A DNA stretch of 64,000 bases from an uncultured Solirubrobacterales bacterium. Lineage in GTDB: Bacteria; Actinomycetota; Thermoleophilia; Solirubrobacterales; 70-9. The position numbers were made by a program, and so were the translations under genes. The stretch is from the NCBI GenBank assembly GCA_963782685.1, contig CAWAKV010000007.1, forward strand, positions 25,558-89,557, read 5' to 3'. The notes under the pieces were generated by a model. It was not told the DNA's origin. It ran no database searches and saw only the letters and a list, made by a program, of their open reading frames with translations. Below are positions 50,732 to 59,582 of the stretch, in pieces (positions within the stretch are counted from its first letter, which is position 1; each line of letters starts with the position of its first letter).

Positions 50732-51740
50732 CTACGTCGTACGGATGATCCTTCTACCGTACGACCGATCCTCTGCGCCTGCGGATAGTGGCGGCGCAGC
50801 GATTCGACCGCGACCTCCTCGTCGTCCGCGGCGACCACGCAGCAGAAGCCGCAGCCCATGTTGAAGACGTCGTGCATCTCCTCGTCCGGGACCCCGGCGC
50901 GCTCCTGGATCAGCTCGAAGATCGGCGGCACGGGGAGGGGGTCGTCGATCTCGTAGCCGACCTCGGCGGCGAGGCGCACGAGGTTGCCGAGGCCGCCGGA
51001 GGTGATGTGGGCCAGGCCGCGCACCGTCGACCTCGGAGCGCAGCAGCTCGAGCACCGGCTTGACGTAGATCTCGGTCGGCTCGAGCAGGACGTCGCCGAG
51101 CGGGCGACCGAGGCGGCCTTCGGGATCCTCGTCGAGCGGCAGGCCGTCGAGGGCCGAGCGGGCGAGGGTGTAGCCGTTGGAGTGGATGCCGGAGGAGGGC
51201 AGGCCGATCACCGGGTCGCCCGGGCTGCACCGCCGAGCCGTCGACGATCGCGTCGAGGGCGACGGTGCCGAAGCAGGCGCCGGCGACGTCGAAGCCGCGC
51301 ACCATGTCGCCCAGCTGGGCCAGCTCGCCGCCGGGGATCTCGACGCCGGCCAGCTCGGCGCCGCGCGCCAGGCCGACGCCGATCTGCTCGCAGACCTCCG
51401 GGTCGGCGCGCTCGATCGCGATGTAGTCGAGCATCGCCAGCGGCTCGGCGCCGACGCAGATCACGTCGTTGACGTTCATCGCGACGCAGTCGATCCCGAC
51501 CGTGTCGAAGCGGCCGAGCTGCTCGGCGACCAGCAGCTTGGTGCCGACCCCGTCGGTGGAGAGCGCGATCCCGGTCCGCTCGTCGATCCGGATCACGCTC
51601 GCGTAGTGGCCGGGCAGCGGCACCTGCCGCGAGGGCCGCCCCAGCTCGATCGCCCCCAGCGCCCGCACCAGTCCGGCGACGGCGGAGTCCGCCGCCCCCT
51701 GGTCGACCCCGGCCTTCGCGTAGGCGTCCGCGTCGCTCAC
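50728..51740 (-). CDS. purM: phosphoribosylformylglycinamidine cyclo-ligase (AIR synthetase); two frame breaks
   Basis: GTG 51740; ..YAKAGVD.., ..[14 protein letters not shown].., ..[18 protein letters not shown].., ..[16 protein letters not shown].., ..[13 protein letters not shown]... Breaks near 51219 (GGG run) and 51029. Confidence 0.85.
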
Positions 51741-53080
51741 GCCGGCGATTCTTTCAGGCGCTGCGGTAGGTCGGGGGTGGGCTCGAAGACGTACCGCTTC
51801 CCCTTTCGCTGCCGCAAGAGCAGACCGCGGTCGGTTAGGCCCGAGAGATCGGTTCGGGCGGTCTCGTGGGTGACTCGATGGCTGGTGGCGTGACTGCTGA
51901 ACGAGTAGACGTTGTGAGGGTGTCGCACGGCGTCGGTGAGCAGGGCCAGCTGTCGGTGGTTGAAGCCGTCGGCGCTCTGCAGGAGTCGCTCGACGTCCCG
52001 TACCTCGGCGATCTTGCGCTGTAGGTAGACGTCGTGCTCGTCGAGAGCTCGCTCGACCGTCTCCAGCTGGTGGATCAGGAAGTAGGTGGTATCGCCGCTG
52101 TCGGTCTCGGTCTCCAGAAAGGCACGCGTGTACCTGGAGGGCGCGTTGCGGAGGATCGGAGAGATGGGCAGGTACTCGATCAACCAGTAGCCGTGCCTCT
52201 GCATCGACCAAAAGAAGAGGATCCGAGCCGTACGACCGTTGCCGTCCTCGAAGGGGTGATCGTAGGCGAGCCAGAAGTGCAGCAGAATCGCCCGAACGAC
52301 TGGATGGATGAATTTCTCGTCGGCCTCCTCTTCGTTGGCGAAGGCGCAGAGCAGTTTCATGCGTTCCGGCAGTTGCTCTGCCCGAGGTGGCCTGTGGATC
52401 GGCTGCTCGTCCTCGTCGCGGTCGTAGACGGCAACCCGCTCTTCGCCGGGTTGCTGCAGCCGGCCCGCCGCCGAGGGATCGTCGAGGGTCCCCTCAGTGA
52501 CGATCCGGTGCAGCTCGAGGATCGAATCCAGGCTGAGCGTGTCGCCCATCTCCTCACGCATGAACTGAAGTGCCCGATAGTTGTTGGCGATCATCCGCTC
52601 GCTGCGATTTCGCGGTCGCCGCCCCGTCCGAAGCATCTCCTTTGCGACTCTCCGAGAGGTCGTCGCTCCCTCCAGCTGACTGGAGCGAATCGCCTCCTCC
52701 ATCAGCGAGTTGACGAGGAACCGCCGGCCCGCCTGCCGCTCCGACGTGACGACCTCGTCCATCGCGATCTCACCGCTGCACCGCTGATCGATGTGGTGCA
52801 GGTGCTTGAGCACGAGATCGGGCAGTCCGTACGTGAACCGAAGACCGTCGATTCCCATAAGGGGCAGCGGCCGCATTTCCGCTGCCCTCTTCGCCTTGAT
52901 CCCAAGCCACCATTCCTCGGTGCTCAATCCATCCGGGGAGGGCAGGTGGCGAAGCTTGTCCCAATGGAGGTACTTGTCAGCCGCAGGACCTTCGACGACC
53001 GCTGCCAGAGAACGCCCGGCCGCCTCGCCGCCGAGCTTTTCGAGCAGGTCGAGATAGGAAGGGGCCTTCGCTACGTACAC
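51737..53080 (-). CDS. Fic family protein (canonical motif, C-terminal wHTH-like region)
   Basis: Intact 447 aa; HPFEDGNGRTAR; inhibitory-type motif SSQLEGA. Its stop overlaps the purM start (GTGA). Lower G+C. Confidence 0.85.
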   Translation of the reverse strand: MYVAKAPSYLDLLEKLGGEAAGRSLAAVVEGPAADKYLHWDKLRHLPSPDGLSTEEWWLGIKAKRAAEMRPLPLMGIDGLRFTYGLPDLVLKHLHHIDQRCSGEIAMDEVVTSERQAGRRFLVNSLMEEAIRSSQLEGATTSRRVAKEMLRTGRRPRNRSERMIANNYRALQFMREEMGDTLSLDSILELHRIVTEGTLDDPSAAGRLQQPGEERVAVYDRDEDEQPIHRPPRAEQLPERMKLLCAFANEEEADEKFIHPVVRAILLHFWLAYDHPFEDGNGRTARILFFWSMQRHGYWLIEYLPISPILRNAPSRYTRAFLETETDSGDTTYFLIHQLETVERALDEHDVYLQRKIAEVRDVERLLQSADGFNHRQLALLTDAVRHPHNVYSFSSHATSHRVTHETARTDLSGLTDRGLLLRQRKGKRYVFEPTPDLPQRLKESPA

Positions 53081-53083
53081 GCC

Positions 53084-53168
53084 AACTCCAAATCATCTCC
53101 AAGTTTCTCCAAGATTTGGAATTGTAGCCGAACTCCAAATCAACTCCAAGTTTCTCCAAGATTTGGAA
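53084..53168. repeat. two 38-nt direct repeats (37/38 identical, 9-nt spacer) immediately upstream of the Fic gene
   Basis: AACTCCAAATCA[T/A]CTCCAAGTTTCTCCAAGATTTGGAA at 53084-53121 and 53131-53168. Each has CTCCAA x3 at 10-11-nt spacing and the inverted pair TCCAAAT/ATTTGGA. Confidence 0.85.
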
Positions 53169-53175
53169 ATAGCTG

Positions 53176-53985
53176 CTAACGGCGCAACTTGGCAAGAACG
53201 ACAGCGGCCAGAGCAGCCCGATACGCCGCGTAGGGCCAGAGCGCCCGGTCGCGCTCGACCAGGCGGATCAGGCGCTGGGAGGCGAGGGTCGAGGCGAAGG
53301 AGGCGGCTACGCCGATCGCCATCGAGCGGCGCAGCGAGGGGGAGGCGCCGCGGCGGCGCAGGCGCTCTCCCTTGAGGATGGTGGCGCCGACGATGATCGG
53401 CAGCGCGATCGTGCGCGAGAGCAGGTTCGCCTGGTCGCGCGAGAAGCGACGCCAGCGGGCGGCCGCCAGGGTGACGCCGTTGCGCGAGACGCCGGGGGCG
53501 AGCGCCGCCGCCTGGGCGACGCCGAGCGCCAGGCCGTCGGCGGGGGTGGCGTCGCCGCGGCCGCGCTGCTGTGGGCGTGTGTCGGCGATCAGCATCGCCG
53601 CGGCGCCCGCGAGCAGGCCGATCGCGGTCGCCTTCGGCCCGCCCAGCCGCTGCTCGATCGGCCGCTCGAGCGTGTAGCCGACGACCGCCGCCGGCAGGAA
53701 GGAGAGGCCGAGGACGAGCCCCCGCCGCCATTCGAAGAGGCGCAGCTCTTCGGCGATCGTCTGCCGCTGGCCGATCAGCAGCGCCACCGCCGCGCCACCG
53801 TGCAGGGCCACCTCGAAGCTCTTGCGCACCTCCGAGTCGATCTCGTCCCAGTCCCAGCCGGCCAGCCAGGGGAGGAGGACGATGTGGGCGGAGGAGGAGA
53901 CCGGTAGCAGCTCCGCCGGGCCCTGGACGAGCCCCAGCGCCAGGGCGCGGGCGGCCGGGATCCTGCCGTCGGCGGCGCGGCTCAA
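53176..53985 (-). CDS. uppP: undecaprenyl-diphosphate phosphatase
   Basis: TTG 53985 overlaps the dedA stop (TTGA); ..GLVQGPAELLPVSSSAHIVL.., ..ALAPGVSRNGVTLAA... Tail of composite ORF 53176..55203. Confidence 0.85.
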   Translation of the reverse strand: MSRAADGRIPAARALALGLVQGPAELLPVSSSAHIVLLPWLAGWDWDEIDSEVRKSFEVALHGGAAVALLIGQRQTIAEELRLFEWRRGLVLGLSFLPAAVVGYTLERPIEQRLGGPKATAIGLLAGAAAMLIADTRPQQRGRGDATPADGLALGVAQAAALAPGVSRNGVTLAAARWRRFSRDQANLLSRTIALPIIVGATILKGERLRRRGASPSLRRSMAIGVAASFASTLASQRLIRLVERDRALWPYAAYRAALAAVVLAKLRR

Positions 53986-54686
53986 GCGCCGCTGCTCGAG
54001 GACGCCGCCTCGCCGGGGGCGCCGCGCTCTTCGCCCGTCGTCTCCGGCTTGGCGCCCGGGCCGCCGCCGCGGTAGCGGCGGATCAGCAGGTAGATCGCCC
54101 CGGCGAGGACGGCCGCGACGACCGCGTAGTCGAGGTAGTGCAGGTGGCCGCGCCACTCCTCCCAGTTCTCGCCGACCGCCTGGCCGATCAGGCCGAGCAT
54201 CAGCACCCAGGGGATGCAGCCGAGCAGGGTGAGCACGGTGAAGCGCCAGAAGGGCATCTTGGCGACGCCGGCGGGGAGCGAGATGAAGGTGCGGATGATC
54301 GGCAGCATGCGGGTGAAGAAGACGGTCGCGTCGCCGTAGCGTTCGAACCAGTCGTCGGCCCATTTCAGGTACTTCGGCGGCAGGTGGATCAGGCGGTTCT
54401 TCTCGAGCAGGTCGAGGCGGGCGTAGTAGCCGACCGCGTAGGCAGCCCAGGAGCCGACCAGGTTGCCGAGCACGCCGGCGGCGACGATGCCGAACAGCGA
54501 GAGCTCGCCGGCGGCGACGCTGGAGCCGGCGAAGAGCATGATCGCCTCGCTCGGCACCGGCAGGCAGGCGGACTCGAGCGCCATCAGGATGAACACCGCC
54601 GGCAGGCCGGTGGTGCTGATGAAGTCCGTCCCCGCGTTGACGATCGGGTCGAGGAAGAAGTCGGTGACGCTGGCGAGAAGCAGCAT
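53982..54686 (-). CDS. dedA: DedA family membrane protein
   Basis: ATG 54686 (MLLLASVTDFF..); ..ALESACLPVPSEAIMLFAG.., ..FFTRMLPIIRTFISLPAGVAKMPFWRF.. Confidence 0.8.
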   Translation of the reverse strand: MLLLASVTDFFLDPIVNAGTDFISTTGLPAVFILMALESACLPVPSEAIMLFAGSSVAAGELSLFGIVAAGVLGNLVGSWAAYAVGYYARLDLLEKNRLIHLPPKYLKWADDWFERYGDATVFFTRMLPIIRTFISLPAGVAKMPFWRFTVLTLLGCIPWVLMLGLIGQAVGENWEEWRGHLHYLDYAVVAAVLAGAIYLLIRRYRGGGPGAKPETTGEERGAPGEAASSSSGA

Positions 54687-54744
54687 GCGAGAGCGGGGAT
54701 TGTAGGGATCGCGGTCGGCAGGAACTAAACTCGAGCCCACCCCT

Positions 54745-56621
54745 ATGCACCGGTTGAACCACCCCGTCTACCGCAACCGGGTACTCCAGGTCGCCGCCGA
54801 CGCGCTGCTCGTCGCGCTCGCCTTCTACCTGGCGTTCCGCCTGCGCTTCCTCGACGAAGGCCTGCCGGCGCGCTACGAGACTCTCTTCCTGCAGGCGGTC
54901 GCCTTCGTCGCCGTCGGCAAGGTCGCGGTCTTCGCCGCCTTCGGGCTCTACCAGAAGTGGTGGCGCTACGTCAGCGGCCGCGACTTCCTCACGATCGTCC
55001 GCGCCGTCGCCGTCGCCAGCGCGATCCTCGTCGTCCTCTTCACCGTCGCTGCAGCCCTTCGAGATCGGCCTGCCGCGCTCGGTCGCGGTGATGGACTTCA
55101 TGCTCACCCTGTTCCTGATCGCCGGCGCCCGCCTCGCGGTGCGGCTGATCGTCGAGCGGCCGACCCACGGCCACCGCCTGCCCAAGCACGAGGTGCTGGT
55201 CATCGGCGCCGGCTCCGGCGGTCAGATGGTCGTCCGCGAGATGCACCTCAACCCGAACCTGGGCGCGACCGCGATCGGCTTCGTCGACGACGACGCGCGC
55301 AAGCAGGGGATGCGGATGCTCGGCCTCAAGGTGCTGGGGACGACGGCGCAGATCGAGACGATCCTCGACGAGACCGAGCCCGACGAGGTCGTGATCGCGA
55401 TCCCCTCGGCGCCGGGGACGCTGCGAGCCAGGGTCGTCGCCGCCTGCCGGGAGCGCGAGATCCGCGTTCGCACCCTGCCGACCGTGTTCGAGCTCTTGCG
55501 CGGCGGCGTCCAGCTGAGCAAGCAGCTGCGCGAGGTCCAGGTCGAGGACGTGCTCGGCCGCGACCCGATCGTGGTCGAGCTCGACCGCGTCGGCGCCTAC
55601 CTGCGCGACCGCATCGTCCTCGTCACCGGCGCCGGCGGCTCGATCGGCTCCGAGCTCTGCCGCCAGATCGCCCGCGTCGGGCCGCGCCTGCTGGTGATGC
55701 TCGACCACGCCGAGGACAACCTCTTCGAGATCGAGCGCGAGATGGTCGACGAGCGCCACTTCAGCAACGTCGAGGCGGTGCTCGCCGACTGCAAGGAGCC
55801 GCACCGGATGCTGGAGACGATGCAGCGCTTCAAGCCGAGCGTCGTCTTCCACGCCGCCGCCTACAAGCACGTGCCGCTGATGGAGGCCAATCCGCTCGAG
55901 GCTGTGCGCAACAACGCGATCGCGACCCGGATCACCGCCGAGACCGCCGCCGCCTCCGACGTCGAGCGCTTCGTCCTGATCTCCACCGACAAGGCGGTCA
56001 ACCCGCAGACGGTGATGGGCGCCTCGAAGGCGATGGCCGAGTGGATCGTCGAGACCGCCGGCCACAAGCACCCCGAGCACGCGCTTCGCCAGCGTCCGCT
56101 TCGGCAACGTGCTTGCCTCCTCTGGCAGCGTCGTGCCGATCTTCCGCGGCCAGATCGAGCGCGGCGGTCCGGTCACGGTCACCCACCCGGAGATGACCCG
56201 CTACTTCATGACGATCCCCGAGGCGGTGCAGCTGGTGATCCGCGCCGGCGACATCGGCGCCGGGCGGGGCGAGGTCTTCGTCCTCGACATGGGCGAGCCG
56301 GTGAAGATCGTCGACCTCGCCAACAACATGATCAGGCTCGCCGGCTACGAGCCGGGCGCGGAGATCGCGGTCGAGTTCACCCAGCCGCGGCCCGGGGAGA
56401 AGCTGCACGAGGAGCTCTTCGGCGGCGGCGAGGAGCTGCGGCCGACGGCGGCCAAAAGGATCCACCGCGCGGTCCGCGAGGCGCCGCTCGACCCCGAGTG
56501 GGTCGAGTCCACGCTGAACTCGCTCGAGCACCTGGTCATGGCCGGCGACGAGGCCAATCTGGCCGAGCGGGTCGTGGCGCTGATCGCGAGCCCCGGTGGC
56601 GACGCGGCGGCAGTCGGCTAA
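54745..56621 (+). CDS. membrane-anchored polysaccharide biosynthesis protein CapD/PglF/WbpM-type NDP-sugar 4,6-dehydratase; two frame breaks
   Basis: N-terminal TM block, ..[10 protein letters not shown].., ..[14 protein letters not shown].., ..HAAAYKHVP.., ..[14 protein letters not shown].., ..[16 protein letters not shown]... Breaks near 55070 and 56090. Confidence 0.8.
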
Positions 56622-56656
56622 GCGCCCGGTTAACGGATAGCCTCTCGCAGCCACCC

Positions 56657-57431
56657 TTGGAGTTGCTGAAGGAAATCGGGGCTTTCGCGGGCTTGGTCGC
56701 CTTCCTCGGCCTGGCCGTCCTCGCCCTGCTCTCGTTCGCCCAGGGGCGCGACATCCGCCGCCTGCGCGAGTGGGCGGGCTCGGCGCCGGAGCGCGACAAC
56801 GAGCGCAAGGAGGCGACCTCGGCCGCAGCGGCCGAGCGGGCCGAGGAGATGCGCACGCTGGAAGAGGCACGCGATGCCGAGCGCGCGTCGCCGCGCGGGC
56901 CTGCGCGAGGCCGGTCTGCCCGAAACGACGCGCAGCGAGCGCCTGCGGGAACGCTTCGCCAGGGACGGCGGAGACAGCGGTGGGTTCGGCAGCAGGCTGG
57001 GCGAACCGCGCTACCTGGTGGCGATCTTCGTCGTCCTCGCCCTGGCCGCAGGCGGCATCGCCTATGCGGTCTTGGCCGGCTCCGACGACGAAGCGGGCGG
57101 CAAGCCCGGCAAGCAGGCTTCGCAGGCGGTCAAGCCGAGCGAAATCGAGGTGACCGTGCTCAACGGAACCGCCGTCGACGGCCTTGCCGGCACCTACGGC
57201 GACATGGTCGAGCGCAAGGGCTTCCAGCTCGGCGCGGTCACCAATAGCCGCTCGAGCTTCTCCGACAGCGTCGTCATGTTCGAGCAGGGCAACGGCCGCG
57301 AGGCGCACCGGGTGGCCACGGCGCTGGAGATCTCCCGGGTGCGGCCGATGAACGCGGAGATCGCCTCGCTCTCGGCCGGCGCTCCGGTCGCGGTCGTGAT
57401 CGGCGAGGACAATGCCTCGTCGACGGGTTAG
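56657..57431 (+). CDS. LytR_C-domain membrane protein; one frame break
   Basis: TTG 56657 (tentative); TM ..YLVAIFVVLALAAGGIAYAVL.., then ..IEVTVLNGTAVDGLAGTYGDMVERKGFQLGAVTN..VVMFEQGNGREAHRVATAL... Break near 56880. Confidence 0.6.
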
Positions 57432-57898
57432 CGCAGCAGCAGTCGTCTTCGCCCTGCTCGTCATCGCCACGATCGCGGTCTTCGCCTGGTCGCAGCGGCT
57501 GAAGCGCGATCCGCTGGTCCTCGACCGGGTCAGCTTCGTCGTCGGTTCCGCGCGTCAATCTCGATGCTCCGCCGGTCCGCGCCTTCACCCCCAACCGCGA
57601 CTGCCGTTTCGATCGCATCCGCATCCGCTTCCGCGTTACCCAGTCCGACCGTGCGCACGTGCAGATGGTGAAGCCGGGCGGCAAGCTCGTCGTCACCCTC
57701 GCCCGCGACACCTACCTGAAGCGCTACCGCTTCCACACCTACTACTGGGACGGTCGCGTACGCAATGACGGCAAGGCCCCACCCGGCCGCTACAAGCTGC
57801 GGGTCAAACTGCTCAGGCAGGACCGCACCCTGGTCCCCGGCGGCGTCATGCGCCTGCACGAAGCGCCCCGCCGTCCAGCCCGGGAGTGCAGCCGTTGA
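57412..57898 (+). CDS. membrane-anchored hypothetical protein (Ig-like beta domain?); one frame break
   Basis: MPRRRVSAAAVVFALLVIATIAVFAW.., then ..VRAFTPNRDCRFDRIRIRFRVTQSDRAHVQMVKPGG..YYWDGRVRNDGKAPPGRYKLRVKL... Break near 57545. Confidence 0.4.
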
Positions 57899-59572
57899 TC
57901 CTCTCCGCGGTGGGGGTCCTCGCAGCCGCAGCAGCCGGCGCCGCGGCGATCCTGCTGCCCCCGGGCCGCGCCCGTGCGGCGGCGATGCTGCTCGCGCTCG
58001 CCCTCTTTCCCGCTGCTGATCCTCGGCGACCAGTGGAACTCCCCCAGATCGCCGACCTGCGCGACGACTCCGTGCGCCTCGTCGCCCTCGGGCTCGCCGC
58101 GCTGGTCGCCGCCGGAGCCCTCGCCGCTGCCTTCCAGCGCTGGCCGATCATGCTGCCGCTGGCGATCGTCGCCGCGCTTCCCTTTCGCGTTCCACTGGAG
58201 GCCGGAGGAGACACCGCCAACCTGTTAGTGCCGCTGTACCTCGTGATTGCCGGTGGAGTCCTCTCTACGGCGCTGCGCGAATGGCGAGATGCCGGGGATG
58301 TTCCGCTCCAGGGACAAAGGGTCGGGGTTCCCCCCTGCGGGAACTCTGTGAGCCGCCCCCGGCAAGAACCCAGAAGGCCGCCTCAGCGCGGGTTCCCGAA
58401 GAGGGGAACCCCGACCCTCTTGCTGCCGTATGTCCTCGCCGGAGTCGTCCTTCTGTACGCCGTTCAGACGCTGTACTCGCCTGACTTCTCGAAGTCGCTA
58501 CAGAACGTGTGCTTCTTCTTCGTGCCGTTTTCGCTGGTGTACGCGCTGCTCCGGGATGTGAGGTGGGACAGCGAGGCTGCTGAAGCTGGTGCTGTGGGTG
58601 GTCGCCGTCGAGGCGGTGGCGTTCGTAGCTGTGGGGAGCATCGAGTACGTCAGCCGCGAGCTGTTCTGGAACGACCAGGTGATCAGGTCGAACGAATTCC
58701 ACACTTACTTCAGGGTGAACTCGATCTTCTGGGACCCCAACATCTACGGGCGTTACCTGGCGCTCGTGATCGTGATCGCGATGTCGGCGCTGCTCTGGGC
58801 GAAGGAGCGGAAGACGTTCGCTTTGCTCACTGGGCTGGTGGCGGTGCTCTGGCTGGGGCTGGTGCCCACCTTCTCCCAGTCGAGCTTCGCGGCGCTGTTG
58901 GCGGGGCTGGCAGTACTCGCCGCACTGCGCTGGAGCTGGCGTTGGACGCTCGCGGCTGTAGGAGCTGGAGCCATTCTTGGAATCGTCGTCGTCCTCTTCG
59001 CCGGCGGCGTCTCGAAGCTGAGCCCGGACCGCTTCAACGTCGACACCGGCGGCCGGGCCAACCTCGTCTCGGGCGGCACCGACCTCTTCGCCCAGCGCCC
59101 CATCTGGGGCTACGGCTCAGGCAGCTTCCCCCGCGCCTACCGCGAACACATAGCAACGAAAAAAGCTCCAGTGTCCGTATCGCACACGGAGCCAGTAACC
59201 GTGGCAGCCGAGCAGGGCCTGATCGGCCTAGCGGCCTACGCAGCCCTTCTCGTAGTAGCGCTATGGACCATGAGCCACCGCCTGAGCTGGGCAGGGGGAC
59301 GGGGTGTCCCCCTGCGGAAACTTGTGAGCCGCCCCCGAAACGAACACAGAAGGCCGTCTCAGCGCGGGTTTCCGAAGGGGGACACCCCGTCCCCCAGCGC
59401 GGGTTGCAGGTGGGGGACACCCCAGCCCGAGCCGCAGTACTCGCAGCCTTCGTGGCCTTGCTAGTTCACACGCATGGCCTACGCCGGCTTCTACGAGGAC
59501 CCAATCACCTGGGTCCTGCTGGCAGTGGGAGCCTCGCTGGCGACCGTGCCCGCGGTCCGTCCCGCCGCTTAG
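57886..59572 (+). CDS. O-antigen ligase/polymerase-like (Wzy_C-type) membrane protein; frame breaks and two embedded palindromic elements
   Basis: Polytopic; ..ALPFRVPLEAGGDTANLLVPLYLVIAGG.., ..RVNSIFWDPNIYGRYLALVIVIAM.., ..TFSQSSFAALLAGLAVLAAL.., ..GGTDLFAQRPIWGYGSGSF... Ends ..MAYAGFYEDPITWVLLAVGASLATVPAVRPAA* (TAG 59570-59572). Confidence 0.6.
58318..58418 (+). repeat. nested palindromic element, copy E1 (read in frame within the O-antigen-ligase-like CDS)
   Basis: Outer arms AGGGTCGGGGTTCCCC (58318-58333) / GGGGAACCCCGACCCT (58403-58418); inner arms CGGGAAC / GTTCCCG; core ..TGTGAGCCGCCCCCGGCAAGAACCCAGAAGGCCGCCTCAGCGCGGG.. Confidence 0.8.
59296..59428 (+). repeat. nested palindromic element, copy E2, plus a partial duplicate of its 3' arm
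   Basis: Outer arms GGGACGGGGTGTCCCC (59296-59311) / GGGGACACCCCGTCCC (59378-59393); inner arms CGGAAAC / GTTTCCG. 59395-59428 repeats CAGCGCGGGTT..GGGGGACACCCC. Confidence 0.8.
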
Positions 59573-59582
59573 GCTCACCGCC

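Noticed and set aside
53084-53168. Possible CRISPR array
   Set aside because: There are only two repeat units separated by a 9-nt spacer, no cas genes, and the position is directly on a ribosome-binding site. It is treated as a regulatory or iteron-like repeat instead.
58281-58484. Small ORFs across the palindromic elements (58281..58484 +, 59261..59578 -, 59034..59420 -) as real genes
   Set aside because: They exist only because the GC-rich palindromes lack stop codons in several frames. They have no RBS and no conserved motif, and they overlap a recognisable membrane-protein frame.
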